Shown: positions 40,295 to 50,792, numbered from the stretch's first letter. The stretch is DNA of 64,000 bases from Candidatus Poribacteria bacterium (GCA_965208325.1 OZ242326.1:2400001-2464000), one strand, 5' to 3'. Notes: generated by a model from the sequence alone, not told the origin. Numbers and translations: made by a program.

Positions 40295-40647
40295 TAACTG
40301 TCGCGAATCGAATTTTCGTTGCCCCCGAATACCGAGAAGCCTTCGAGGCGCGTTTCCGCAACCGCGCCCGCCTCGTTGACGGCATGCCCGGCTTCATCTC
40401 AAACCAAGTGTTGCGTCCGGTCAATGACGATGACCCTTACGTGGTTTTTACACTTTGGGCATCACGCAAAGATTTTGAAAACTGGGTGGAATCGGATGAA
40501 TTTCGGAAGGGTCATGCGCAATCCGGTACGTTGCCCAAAGAGGCGTTCACGCAATCGAACAAGTTAGAACTTCACGAGGTTTTTCTCGATTCCACCCGTC
40601 CCGACCTTGTGGAAGAACCGCACGGCGGTGCATTCAGCGTACACTAG
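40291..40647 (+). CDS. ABM-family heme-degrading monooxygenase (IsdG/HmoA-like)
   Basis: ITVANRI, FEARFRNR, PGFI, W...F.NW..S.EF.KGH. Confidence 0.8.
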   Translation: MITVANRIFVAPEYREAFEARFRNRARLVDGMPGFISNQVLRPVNDDDPYVVFTLWASRKDFENWVESDEFRKGHAQSGTLPKEAFTQSNKLELHEVFLDSTRPDLVEEPHGGAFSVH

Positions 40648-40793
40648 AATGTGTCAAAAACAACCGACATTCAGATCTCAGATAAAGGTTGAGGAAGATG
40701 TACGACGAATTGTTTTCACACGAATCTATCAGTAAAACATATGAGCACATTTGTACCGACACGGCGCGTGTGGCTCAATAAATTACATTACTT

Positions 40794-40818
40794 ATTGATA
40801 CTGAGATTCGTTTTCAAT
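40794..40818. promoter_or_regulatory. Fur-like operator, copy 3
   Basis: ATTGATACTGAGATTCGTTTTCAAT upstream of the lipoprotein/TBDR unit; a further Fur-like ATTAATAACCATTATCA lies near 41065-41081. Confidence 0.65.
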
Positions 40819-41096
40819 AAATGTGAAATAGAAAACAGAAAGGGTAAACAATAGGGAAAGGGACAGCTCCCAACGGCCAATTGTTAGCTAGCTCCCGTAT
40901 CCCCGTTGATTAGATGTATTGGGGTTTTTTGCGCCCAATCGGGGCGAACGTCTGCAAATCAACGATTGCGCAAACGCGCCCCAGCCCTTTCTGTATTTAT
41001 TAAGAGTAAGCCAAATGCTTAACGAATGTCAAGAAAATAGTGCTTCGTCGTTCAATGACGACGACATTAATAACCATTATCAGGTTGAGGATTTAA

Positions 41097-41351
41097 ATGA
41101 TGAAACTAACCCCGATTCAATTTAGCATCTTGTTGTTGGCAATTGCCGCTACGATCGGTCTGGTGTTATCTGCTTGTGAGAGTGACCCTTTGCTTGAACC
41201 GCAGTCGCAAATCCCTGAAGAGACAGGCAGCTACGGAAATACGAACCTCCCTGTACGCGGGACCGACAACTCGAACAACGCGGTCAACGCCGGTCAGAAT
41301 AAAGATATTGACGGCAATCGCTACAGAACAGTCAATCCAAAACTCTTTTGA
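41097..41351 (+). CDS. Small lipoprotein
   Basis: Lipobox LSAC, RBS GAGG; ends just before the TBDR start. Confidence 0.65.
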   Translation: MMKLTPIQFSILLLAIAATIGLVLSACESDPLLEPQSQIPEETGSYGNTNLPVRGTDNSNNAVNAGQNKDIDGNRYRTVNPKLF

Positions 41352-41370
41352 AAGTGTAGGGCACAAGTAC

Positions 41371-43842
41371 ATGCATCAGATTTTAGGAATATTAATGACA
41401 TTAATTCTTCTACTAAGCACGCCGCATCTTTGCTTTAGCTCAGTCGAGATTCGCGGTAAAGTTATTGACAAAGAGACGGCACAACCGATTATGGGCGCCA
41501 CAGTTAGAATCGAATCCGATGGACAGGACTCGCAAGAGACAACAACGGTACGAGATGGCTCTTTCCATTTTGCTCTGGTTGACTCGGGGCAGATACTGAT
41601 TAAGGTAAGTCTGATCGGTTATGATGATTATGTTGAGATGTTCCAGCTAACCCCCGATACCACGCAAGCGATAGAAATAGCCTTGTTCAGTCGTCTCTTT
41701 GAATTTGCGCCCGTAGAGATCATTGGCAAATCACCGCAGATTAACAGAAAACTCACCGGCACTATTACGGTATTGGAACCGCAATCCGTCGAGTTGATTC
41801 GCCCCGTTGGCACACAGGAATTGCTCGAACTCATGCCCGGCATCAACGGCTACGCTGACGACGGATTCGGGAATTCGCGTTTGAGCATTGGCATCCGCGG
41901 CTTGAATCCGCGCCGCAGTGCGCGAGTCCTAATCCTAGAAGATGGGGTACCGATTCAACCCGCAGTCTACATCTATCCGAATGCCTACTACAATCCACCG
42001 TCAGATAGAATTGATGCGGTGGAGGTCATTAAAGGAAGCGCCGCCCTTCGTTTTGGCCCCCAAACAATGGGTGGCGTCATTAACTATACTACGCATAAAC
42101 CGGTGGGGGCACGCCGATTGGCGAATCAGTTGACGGTCGGAAATAACGGATTTTACAGCGCATTATCGGAGTGGCGCGGCCTCGGCAGCGATAATATCAC
42201 CTCCGACGTACAACTACTTTACAAACACGGCGACGGTTTTCGGGAAAACAATTCGTTCGACCAAGCGAACGGCACCGTAAAGACACTGTTCCAATTGAGT
42301 GAGCAAAAGACGCTCTATCTCAAAGCTAACGGCAATTTTGAAGACTCAAGCGCGACCTACACTGGATTGACGGAATACTCCTTCCGGTCCGACCCAAACT
42401 TCAATCCGAAGGAGGACGATAATTTTAAGGTCATTCGTACATCGCTCGATCTGATTTACACGAACAAGATTTCAAATAATCTCATAAGCAACACCACGGT
42501 ATACACAAGCGTGTTTGACCGCCGATGGTGGCGTGAAGACGATATATTTGTCCGTCCTTCGTCACTCGAAACGGGGAATATGGCGCCGGTTCCCTATTTT
42601 CAAACTGGGGACTTAGTGCGAATAGGCGGCGGAAAAGAGAATTTTGGTATCTTGAGGACGTTTTACGTCGGCGGCATAGAGCAAAATTATACCTTCAAAC
42701 ACCGCCTTGCCGGGACACACAGCAACGCTGACATTGGCGCACGCGTTCACTGGGAACGCTTTATCGACGATAAAAAGATTGGTGATGCTCCAGATGCACG
42801 CGACGGTGTTTACTACACCGGCACGCCGGGGGACACCGAAGACCCCGTGAAAATTGTGGGTCAAAGCCATCACTACGAGACCGCTGCCCTCGCACTCTAT
42901 GCTAAAGAACAACTTGAGTGGGACGAGTTCACGCTGACTCCCGGCCTCCGCTTTGAGGTGTTTAAGCAGGAGCGAGTTGACCGGCTATACGGTTCTGTGC
43001 TAGCCGACAAGGTTTCTTCTGTTGTGTTGCCTGGGTTTGGTGCAAACTACCAGCTTGGTCGTTTCAATCTGTTCGGAGGGGTTCACAGAGGATACACTGC
43101 GCCATCAAGTGGTGCGCTAAAGATTGCCAATTTCGGCCAAAACGTTGACGCCGGCGGGCTCGATCTCAAGGCCGAAAAGAGTTGGAACATGGAAGCCGGT
43201 TTCAGGTCTTGGGGGCAGCGTTTGACCCTAGAAGTCACCGGATTCCTGATTAGCATCTCTGACATAGTCGCCGCAGGGCGTGGTACTGCCTTTAAGAATT
43301 TAGGAAGAGTTGACAATTACGGATTAGAAACCGCGGTTTCAATCGGCGTTTCGCGTTTCGCACCGTTGCTTCCCGACGTTAATCTTGCCTACACTTATCT
43401 CCAGACCGAAATCAAGAGCGGTATCGTCAAGTCTGCCACCATTGCCGGGAACGTAGATGTAGACCTCGTCGGAAACGAATTGCCTTACGCACCGCGGCAC
43501 ACCCTGACGGTCGGATTGGCAAAACAGCTGGGTGATGCCCTGCGCTTGAGAGCAGACATGCGATTTGTCGACAAAGTCTTCACGGACTTCGAAAATATCG
43601 AGCAGACTTTCAATCGCGGCGATACTGGCCCCATTCCAAGTTACACAATCGTCAATGCAAGTGCGGATTATAAAATTTCGAGCCAATGGAAGGCTTTTGT
43701 TGCGGGCAAAAACCTCTTTGACAAAGTGTACATCGGGTCGAGATTGCACTCCAATGCCGGTCAACCAGAAGCAAACCTTAGTTCAGGTATTCTTGTTGGC
43801 CCCAGGCGGCAGATACTTTTTGGTATCAAGCATGGCCTTTAG
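41371..43842 (+). CDS. TonB-dependent receptor (FecA-like) with N-terminal carboxypeptidase-regulatory-like domain
   Basis: Signal peptide from ATG 41371; IRGKVIDKET.QPI.GA; IGIRGLNPRRS.RVLILEDGVP; IDAVEVIKGS..LRFGPQTMGGVINY; NLFD..Y; GPRRQ. Confidence 0.92.
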   Translation: MHQILGILMTLILLLSTPHLCFSSVEIRGKVIDKETAQPIMGATVRIESDGQDSQETTTVRDGSFHFALVDSGQILIKVSLIGYDDYVEMFQLTPDTTQAIEIALFSRLFEFAPVEIIGKSPQINRKLTGTITVLEPQSVELIRPVGTQELLELMPGINGYADDGFGNSRLSIGIRGLNPRRSARVLILEDGVPIQPAVYIYPNAYYNPPSDRIDAVEVIKGSAALRFGPQTMGGVINYTTHKPVGARRLANQLTVGNNGFYSALSEWRGLGSDNITSDVQLLYKHGDGFRENNSFDQANGTVKTLFQLSEQKTLYLKANGNFEDSSATYTGLTEYSFRSDPNFNPKEDDNFKVIRTSLDLIYTNKISNNLISNTTVYTSVFDRRWWREDDIFVRPSSLETGNMAPVPYFQTGDLVRIGGGKENFGILRTFYVGGIEQNYTFKHRLAGTHSNADIGARVHWERFIDDKKIGDAPDARDGVYYTGTPGDTEDPVKIVGQSHHYETAALALYAKEQLEWDEFTLTPGLRFEVFKQERVDRLYGSVLADKVSSVVLPGFGANYQLGRFNLFGGVHRGYTAPSSGALKIANFGQNVDAGGLDLKAEKSWNMEAGFRSWGQRLTLEVTGFLISISDIVAAGRGTAFKNLGRVDNYGLETAVSIGVSRFAPLLPDVNLAYTYLQTEIKSGIVKSATIAGNVDVDLVGNELPYAPRHTLTVGLAKQLGDALRLRADMRFVDKVFTDFENIEQTFNRGDTGPIPSYTIVNASADYKISSQWKAFVAGKNLFDKVYIGSRLHSNAGQPEANLSSGILVGPRRQILFGIKHGL

Positions 43843-43910
43843 TCAAAACCTTTCAAACGAGAGGTTTAATCGGTTAAATTTTTAACCATTCAATTTCAAA
43901 AGGAGAACAA

Positions 43911-45236
43911 ATGAAAACTTTTACCGAGCGGATTCTCTGGACAACTGTGCTACTCTTGGCGACCAGCCTGTTTGTTGTAGGTTGCGGCGAGGATGACACG
44001 GAGGATCCTCTCACTGAAGAACCACCAGACGGCGGCGCCGCCATTCAGGTGCCGTCCGCTTACGTATTTGACAGTCGTTTCGTTGAAGGTAAAAGCAGCG
44101 TATCCTATTCCGGTCAGACGGTTCGCAATCTGCTGTTGCAAGACCTGAAAGTCTTTATTGACAGTTTGGGCAAAGATGGCGCTCGCCCTGCAACTGTTCA
44201 TGAAATGCTTAACCTTTATGATTACGACGATGGACTCAACTTGAAATCACTTAGTGCAGCCGGCGCGCTGCCAGTTTTGGAGAGCCGTTATTCCTCGATT
44301 TCGACCGGCAAAAATCTGTCTGGGAAAATTTCGGGAGATGTTGTCATCGGCTACGACCGTACCGCCGACGAACTGGTGCGAGATTGGTTTCAAATTATCA
44401 CGGATAACTCGGAAAACCCTGATAAACTTGGAACACCGGCGGTCTACACCGATGACAACGGCGTCGACCTGACGCAGATGATCAACAAGGTGCTTATCGG
44501 CGCGGTGCCTTACTATCAAGCCACGGGAGTTTATCTCGACAGCTTGCTAGACCGTGACAACAGCGAGGCGCGCAATGAAACCGACCCCTACACCGCTATG
44601 GAACACGCGTGGGACGAAGCCTTCGGCTACTTTGGCGCTGCCCGCGACTATTCCCGCTATACCGATGAACAACTCGCCGGCAGCATTGATGATTTTACCT
44701 TTGACTCGAACGGCGACGGCAGGATCGACTTCAAGTCGGAGTATAATTTTGGTCTCTCGCGAAACGCCGGCAAGCGTGATAAAGGGGGCTCTGGTGTAAA
44801 CTTTACGCAGGAGATTTTCGATGCGTTCCTCAAGGGCCGCACCCTAATCACTAACCAAGGCACCGTCGCTGAAATCAGTCAACAGCGGCAGATCGCCGCC
44901 AACGGTCTGGAGAAGGTAATCGCCGCAACAGTTGTCCATTATATAAACGATACGCTGAGCGACATGTCCAAGCTGGGTACGGCGGATGAAAATCGCGTCA
45001 ACCAAAATAAGCACTGGGCAGAAATGAAAGGGTTTACAGTAGCCCTGCAATATAATCCGTTCAGGCTGATTAGTGACGGGCAACTCAGGGAATTGCACGG
45101 TATCATGGGACAAGCGCCCGCCTACGACGCGCCCGGCAGCAACCCGTATGACACAACTGTTGCGAACTACAACCGTGCCAAGACTGTGTTGCAGGAAGCG
45201 TATGGATTCTCCGGCGCCAACATGGCAAACTGGTAA
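43911..45236 (+). CDS. DUF4856-like lipoprotein (iron-uptake-cluster associated)
   Basis: Lipobox VVGC; 'SVSYSGQTVR', 'YTAMEHAWDEAFGYFG', 'HWAEMKGF'. Confidence 0.65.
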   Translation: MKTFTERILWTTVLLLATSLFVVGCGEDDTEDPLTEEPPDGGAAIQVPSAYVFDSRFVEGKSSVSYSGQTVRNLLLQDLKVFIDSLGKDGARPATVHEMLNLYDYDDGLNLKSLSAAGALPVLESRYSSISTGKNLSGKISGDVVIGYDRTADELVRDWFQIITDNSENPDKLGTPAVYTDDNGVDLTQMINKVLIGAVPYYQATGVYLDSLLDRDNSEARNETDPYTAMEHAWDEAFGYFGAARDYSRYTDEQLAGSIDDFTFDSNGDGRIDFKSEYNFGLSRNAGKRDKGGSGVNFTQEIFDAFLKGRTLITNQGTVAEISQQRQIAANGLEKVIAATVVHYINDTLSDMSKLGTADENRVNQNKHWAEMKGFTVALQYNPFRLISDGQLRELHGIMGQAPAYDAPGSNPYDTTVANYNRAKTVLQEAYGFSGANMANW

Positions 45237-45248
45237 GATTAAACGATT

Positions 45249-46713
45249 GTGGACGCACATAGGGAAACAAATCGTCGAAATCTTGGCAGATTGGTGATAC
45301 GCAAATTCTCGGATTTGCGTATCACTGAACTTAAATTGTGGTGTATTGTATTCGTCCTATGTGTGGCGTCGCGGTTGCTTACAACCATATTCTACATCGA
45401 AGATTTGGACAGTCTCCGTTTTGCGTTGAGTATGGTTGACTATGATGTCGCCAAGTTGCATCCCCACTTCCCGGCTTACCCCGTTTTCTGTTTTGTCGGC
45501 AAGCTGATTTATGGCGTTACGGGGCGTTATGCCTTGGCGTTTTCTCTCATCGGCGGCATATCCATATTTTTGACGATTTTTTTCCTACTCAAGATTGCGG
45601 GAATTAGAATTACTTCGTCTGCCGGGCTAATTACCGTTTTCGTTTTGTTCATCAACCCGCTGCTGTGGTTGATGAGCAACCGCTACATGCCGGACGCGAT
45701 GGGAGTGGCGCTCGTTTTTGCCGGTCTCTATTTCACAACAGCAAAAGACCAGAATCCGCGTAAAATCGGGTTCGGGTTTTTCCTTGCGGGAGTCTTGTGT
45801 GGGGTGCGTCTCTCCTATCTGCCAATACTCATACCCGCGTTATTCATGCGGTTGCGGACAAATTGGATTTCGCTGCGGTTTATCGCGGCTGGCGCAGTTG
45901 GAGCTATCATTTGGCTGGTGCCTTTAATAATCCTCACTGGATGGGAAACGCTCGTCCAAGCCGCTCAGACACAAAGTCGAGGACATCTTTTGGAATTTGG
46001 CGGCACTGTTGTTAGTCAACCCGGATTGTGGCTACGAATGACAAAGCTTATTGAAGGCGTGTGGGCAGACGGATTCGGGCTGTATTGGGGCGGGCGGCAC
46101 CTTATAACTGCCTGCACAACGGTTACGCTACTTGGAATTCTAGCCGCAAATTGGCGCCAGATAAAAACCGTCAAGCATTCGAGTTTTCTGAGTGCCAGTT
46201 TTATTGGATGTGTGGTTTACCTCATCTGGATTTTCGGCTTTCAGAACGTCGTGAATAAGAGCCGGCATGTTCTGCCGCTGATTCCATTTTTGGGACTTCT
46301 CATCGCCATTGCCTGTGCAAGAATTGCCGGGCATCGGAACCGAATCCTCAAAGTGGTTTTAGCCGGTTTCTTGCTCTGTTACGGATGCGTTACGCTGCAT
46401 CTGGTTGTGCAGCACAAAAAAACCGACGGCGATTGCGCAGATATACCAGTATCTCAAAGCTAAACGGAGCGATAAACTATGTGTGGTCTCGGTGCCGCTG
46501 GTTAAATATTACCTTGAATCTCAAGGGCTGAAAGCGGTCTATATTCCGATTAAAGGTGAGGATGACACCGTGAAACTTGACGAGCAGTTGAGCTCAGAAT
46601 TAGTAGTCATCGGCAGCCCGCTGCACGGTCGAGCAATTAAAACTCGAAAGACATTCTATCACAATCCGTATGTTAATCGAATGTGGCCCGAAATACCCGT
46701 GTTTGAGTATTGA
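45249..46713 (+). pseudogene. Integral membrane protein (GT-C/DUF2723-like) split by a one-base frameshift in an A7 run
   Basis: ORFs 45249-46463 and 46405-46713 join as ...VQHKK|PTAIAQIY... if one A is removed from A7 at 46416-46422; 'DSLRFALS...HPHFPAYP' motif; many TM segments. Confidence 0.7.
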
Positions 46714-46773
46714 TGTGAGAGCGGGGATAACGCTCCTCTATTGTAACGTCAATACTATCGTGTAGGCAGCGAA

Positions 46774-48135
46774 ATGCAATCAATCGAAACTGACGTTCAG
46801 ATTTTTGGCGGCGGCCCTGCGGGGTTGGCGGCAGGTTATTATGCGAAACAGCGCGGCATTGATTTTACTCTCTTTGAGGCGAGTGCACAGGTCGGCGGAA
46901 ATTGCCGCACACTCCGGGCTGGCGGCTTCCGATTCGATACCGGCGCCCACCGATTTCACGACAAAGACCGCGACGTCACGAGCGAGGTCAAAAAACTTCT
47001 GGGTGACGAGCTACTCCACGTCGAAGCACCAAGCGAGATTTTTTTCGAGGGCAAGTTCGTCCGGTTTCCGCTCACACTGAGAAATTTAGTGCGGAAACTG
47101 GACGCCAAAACTTTGCTGAAAATCGCTTGTGATACCCCGGGCGCAGGCCGCGGAAAATCTGCGGATAATTTCGGGAATTTTGCGGTCAATCAATACGGAA
47201 AGACATTGGCGGAACGCTTTCTGCTCAACTATTCGCAAAAACTGTGGGGTGAACCGCCGCAAAAGCTATCTACAGCCGTCTCCGGCAGCAGATTAAACGG
47301 ACTGGACATCAAAAATTTTATCCGTTCCACCGTCATGGGCGATGTTCAACAGCCGAGCCATCTGGACGGTTCGTTCCTTTACCCAAGGTACGGCATCGGT
47401 ATGATTGCAGAAAAATTGCGGGATTTTATTGGAAACCGATGCATCAGAACCAACAGCCGAGTGAGCCGATTAGTTCACAAGAACGGCAAAATCGAACAAA
47501 TCGTATTAAATGACGGCGATGACGAGTTGCGCGCCGCCAAGCTTGTCAACACATTGCCATTGACGCTTACAACGAAAATTCTAGACCCGCCGCCGCCGCC
47601 GGAGCTTCTAGATGTCGCGAATTCAATCAAATTCAGAAATCTGGTGCTATGCGTATTTTGCTTGAACCGCAACTCCTTTTCGCCTAACGCCTCGCTCTAT
47701 TTCCCAAGCGAATCGTTTCCTTTTACACGGCTTTATGAACCAAAAAACCGAAGCATTCACATGGCGCCGCAAGGCCAGACGGCAATCGTGCTTGAACTGC
47801 CGTGCTACAACAGTGATGCGTTGTGGTGCATGTCGGACAAAGCGCGCAAAGCCCAGGTTTGGAAGGCTTTACAGCATGTTAAGTCAATTGCAACTGAAGA
47901 AATTCTCTTTTATCGCTGTTATAAATTGCCTTTTGCCTATCCGGTACTAGAGGTTGGGTTTGAGGAAAACATAAGGCGATTGATTGATTACCTTGAGGCA
48001 TTTGAGAATCTATATCTGACAGGCAGAAGCGCGCTCTTTCGCTATCTGCATCTCCACGACCTGTTCAAAGCGGGAAAAGCGTTGGCAAATCGAATCGTAG
48101 CAGTGTCCGATTCGGTAACCGCGATGCCCACTTAA
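46774..48135 (+). CDS. FAD-dependent oxidoreductase (protoporphyrinogen oxidase / UDP-galactopyranose mutase-like)
   Basis: GGGPAGLAA, EASAQVGG, FDTGAHRFH, AYP, LTGR. Confidence 0.8.
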   Translation: MQSIETDVQIFGGGPAGLAAGYYAKQRGIDFTLFEASAQVGGNCRTLRAGGFRFDTGAHRFHDKDRDVTSEVKKLLGDELLHVEAPSEIFFEGKFVRFPLTLRNLVRKLDAKTLLKIACDTPGAGRGKSADNFGNFAVNQYGKTLAERFLLNYSQKLWGEPPQKLSTAVSGSRLNGLDIKNFIRSTVMGDVQQPSHLDGSFLYPRYGIGMIAEKLRDFIGNRCIRTNSRVSRLVHKNGKIEQIVLNDGDDELRAAKLVNTLPLTLTTKILDPPPPPELLDVANSIKFRNLVLCVFCLNRNSFSPNASLYFPSESFPFTRLYEPKNRSIHMAPQGQTAIVLELPCYNSDALWCMSDKARKAQVWKALQHVKSIATEEILFYRCYKLPFAYPVLEVGFEENIRRLIDYLEAFENLYLTGRSALFRYLHLHDLFKAGKALANRIVAVSDSVTAMPT

Positions 48136-48185
48136 AGATTGAATTGCACATATTAGGAGGAATGTAGTTTTTTCATTTCACGAAC

Positions 48186-48554
48186 ATGAGCTATAGTGCA
48201 GATTTAAGGAAACGAGTTGTCAGTTACGTTGAAGCTGGCGGCAGCAAAATCGAAGCCGCTCGCCGATTCGATGTCAGTCGAAGGACAGTATACAATTGGT
48301 TAGCGTCAGTCAATCTGCCGCTTAAACCGCGGGCAAGGCACGCCCGTAAATTTGACCTTGGCGCATTAAGGCGTCACGTAAAGGAATTTCCTGATGCCAT
48401 ACTTTCAGAACGCGCTCAACAGTTCGGCGTATCCATAAGTACGATATGGTATCATTTGAATCAGATGAATTTATGCAGGAGAAACCATCAACGCATCAAT
48501 AAGGGAATCGCTGCAACTGTGACAAGTCTTGCCGTGAATTCCGCAACAGATTAG
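48186..48554 (+). mobile_element. IS630-family transposase N-terminal HTH fragment (no DDE domain)
   Basis: MSYSADLRKRVV.YVEAGGSK.EAARRF.VSR.TVYNW ... PDAILSERAQQFGVS.STIWY. Confidence 0.75.
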
Positions 48555-48702
48555 GTTTGAAGACGGGGTAAATGTTGTCCATGTTAGTGCGTGTAAATTT
48601 GAATCAAGTACCTTTGTGCAAATTTGAACCGAAAAGGCTATATTACTAGGACGTGTTGACATTTTTGTAAGGCGTGTCCAAAATTCGCCGATAAGCCCCT
48701 GT

Positions 48703-48752
48703 CGTAGGGGCGAGGTTTCCTCGCCCAACGGGTTGGGAAACCCAACCCCTAC
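48703..48752. repeat. GTAG-type REP-like palindrome pair
   Basis: GTAGGGGCGAGGTTTCCTCGCCC and GGGTTGGGAAACCCAACCCCTAC; related copies at ~12108-12188, 50606, 56056 and 60381-60720. Confidence 0.7.
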
Positions 48753-48840
48753 GGGAATCGATCCGACATTGGGTCAAGTGAATCAATTTTGGCTCAATAT
48801 TCAAATTTCAACAGAACCTAATTGTGCGAATGGAAAAAAG

Positions 48841-49341
48841 ATGATACACAGCAAATCTCGTCTATTTAGCATAGGCGGATTCGGAACGGTTGTTTTCACC
48901 GGTTCATTGATTGCGCTCACACCTTTATTGCAACAGTCATGTTGGCTAATCTTTTCTCGGTCACTCCTGCTTGCAAACAGTGCGTTTGCCTGCGCGTGTG
49001 CCGCGTCAGCAATCTACCTTATCCAGGAACGCCAACTCAAACGTAAGCGGTTTCTCACGGCATTTAAACACCTGCCGGCGCTTGAGCGGCTGGACACGCT
49101 ATGCCATCAAGGCGTGATTATTGGATTGTCGCTATCGATTCTTGGATTGTTCGCTGTTTTCCGATGGCACGGCAGTTATCACTACGATTGGTCTCACCAA
49201 GTGTCCGGCGTCTGCGGTGTATGTCTGCTCAATCTTGTTCACCTGTTTATTCGCTTTGTTCTACGTCGGCGCGGAAAAACGCTTGCGTATTTTTCAATCA
49301 CTTGCTTTTCAATTCTGCTGCTTTTACACCTATCTTCCTAA
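48841..49341 (+). CDS. CcsA/YpjD-like cytochrome c assembly membrane protein (short or divergent)
   Basis: 'ASAIYLIQERQLKRKRF...LPALERLDTL...IIGLSL' typical of YpjD/CcsA; ATG 48841 taken as start. Confidence 0.6.
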   Translation: MIHSKSRLFSIGGFGTVVFTGSLIALTPLLQQSCWLIFSRSLLLANSAFACACAASAIYLIQERQLKRKRFLTAFKHLPALERLDTLCHQGVIIGLSLSILGLFAVFRWHGSYHYDWSHQVSGVCGVCLLNLVHLFIRFVLRRRGKTLAYFSITCFSILLLLHLSS

Positions 49342-49395
49342 CGGTAAGGAAGATGTACATTTACTCAACCCTCCAACTAGCTAGAAAGGTAAAAA

Positions 49396-49611
49396 ATGAA
49401 TCACACGAGAGAGTTCTTGTCGAGCAACAATATCTGTGCAGTTTACCAATGCCTTGATGGGCATTTTCACCTAAAATACCGCGGCATCGACATCGCCATG
49501 ACTCCACGAGATTTTTACCAAGTTGCCGGTACTATCTCGGAAGCCATGTTAACATTCAAAGATGACAACACAAAGCCTATAACCGACAAGGGGCGTACGA
49601 TTACCGTTTAA
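49396..49611 (+). CDS. Small Cys/His-containing hypothetical protein
   Basis: 71 aa, RBS AAAGG, 'CAVYQCLDGHFHLKY'. Confidence 0.55.
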   Translation: MNHTREFLSSNNICAVYQCLDGHFHLKYRGIDIAMTPRDFYQVAGTISEAMLTFKDDNTKPITDKGRTITV

Positions 49612-49779
49612 TCCGTCAATTCAATTGCTCAATATTGAGATATAGCGATAACCTTTAGGGGTCTCGCCGCTTAGCGGCTCATTATCTAGCCAATTATGGA
49701 TATTCCTCGGTCCGAATGGCGCGGGTAAGGCAACGACCTCCGGCTAAGCGCAGCCCTCTGCCAGGCGTGCTTACACATC

Positions 49780-50328
49780 TTAATCGAAATATTCATCCTC
49801 TCGAAACGTCGTCCACGACTTAAACACGGGAAACGGCGAGGGCAAACTCTCATCAGGGTCATTCAGTTTGAAGGAGATCTTTTCGCTGTCGAAAACGTTC
49901 CTTACCGAAATAGATATTCCCGACGTTTCAATACAATCGTCGCATCGAGTCGGCAGTATCCTCTCCGAACGCGGTTCGTTGAAATAGATCTTAATCTCGG
50001 AACCGTTCGCCTTCTGTTCAATACGATAATTTTCTGCGCGTATCTCCCACTCATTAATTGCGTAATTTCCCTCGGCATATTGCGCCCAGAGACTAATCCC
50101 GTCAAAGAAATCCAGAATTACCGCTTTTCTCGGACTCGCATCTTTGTCAGGATCAAACTGGCGGAACGACCGATCTTTCAACGTCCTCTTTATCTCGTCT
50201 TCTTCCGATTCGCTCACCGGCAGAAATCTGCCTTCAAACCCGCACGACGATGCGCTAAGCAGCGCGAGTATGAGAATAATCGGCGTTAGGTGGGATTGTA
50301 CAGTTACGGTTGACACAATTGCCTCCAC
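49780..50328 (-). CDS. Hypothetical lipoprotein
   Basis: Hydrophobic stretch ending LSASSC; 182-aa ORF. Confidence 0.6.
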   Translation of the reverse strand: MEAIVSTVTVQSHLTPIILILALLSASSCGFEGRFLPVSESEEDEIKRTLKDRSFRQFDPDKDASPRKAVILDFFDGISLWAQYAEGNYAINEWEIRAENYRIEQKANGSEIKIYFNEPRSERILPTRCDDCIETSGISISVRNVFDSEKISFKLNDPDESLPSPFPVFKSWTTFREDEYFD

Positions 50329-50792
50329 TATATCAAATCGGTTTTATAAGCGAATCTGTTTCTAGTCTAATGTACTAGGTTCTGTTGACATTTATGTGAT
50401 GCTGCCTGTAATCGTAGGGGATCAACCTAGTGAATAGCGAGGGATCAAGCGACTGAATAGGGAGTGCGATAGTTTTACTTATAGTGTTTATCTGGTCACC
50501 TCGCCCATTGACCAACGCGGGCAGGGAACTTCCAACCATACAGATTGAGTTGATTTTGGTCAATCAACGTACAGCAGTCCGAAATCGTATCTGATTGTGA
50601 AAAAAGGGTTGGGGAACCCAACCCCTACGAAGCGTCATGTGTCTGTGCACCGTTCTTGGTTTTCCGGTTGCGATAGAATGTCAACACGCCCTAGTGTACC
50701 ACATGACAGGACAAGAATCAAACCGCTGCAATCTGTGCCTATTCGAATAAAAGCATGTTTTTTAGGTTGGAATCGACTAAGTAAGTGGCGAA

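Noticed and set aside
41143..41370. N-terminal extension of the 899-aa TBDR ORF
   Set aside because: Overlaps the lipoprotein gene; the signal peptide begins at ATG 41371
49690..49740. 'FLGPNGAGKATT' Walker A-like translation in intergenic DNA
   Set aside because: Tiny ABC-ATPase relic with no intact ORF; not a functional feature
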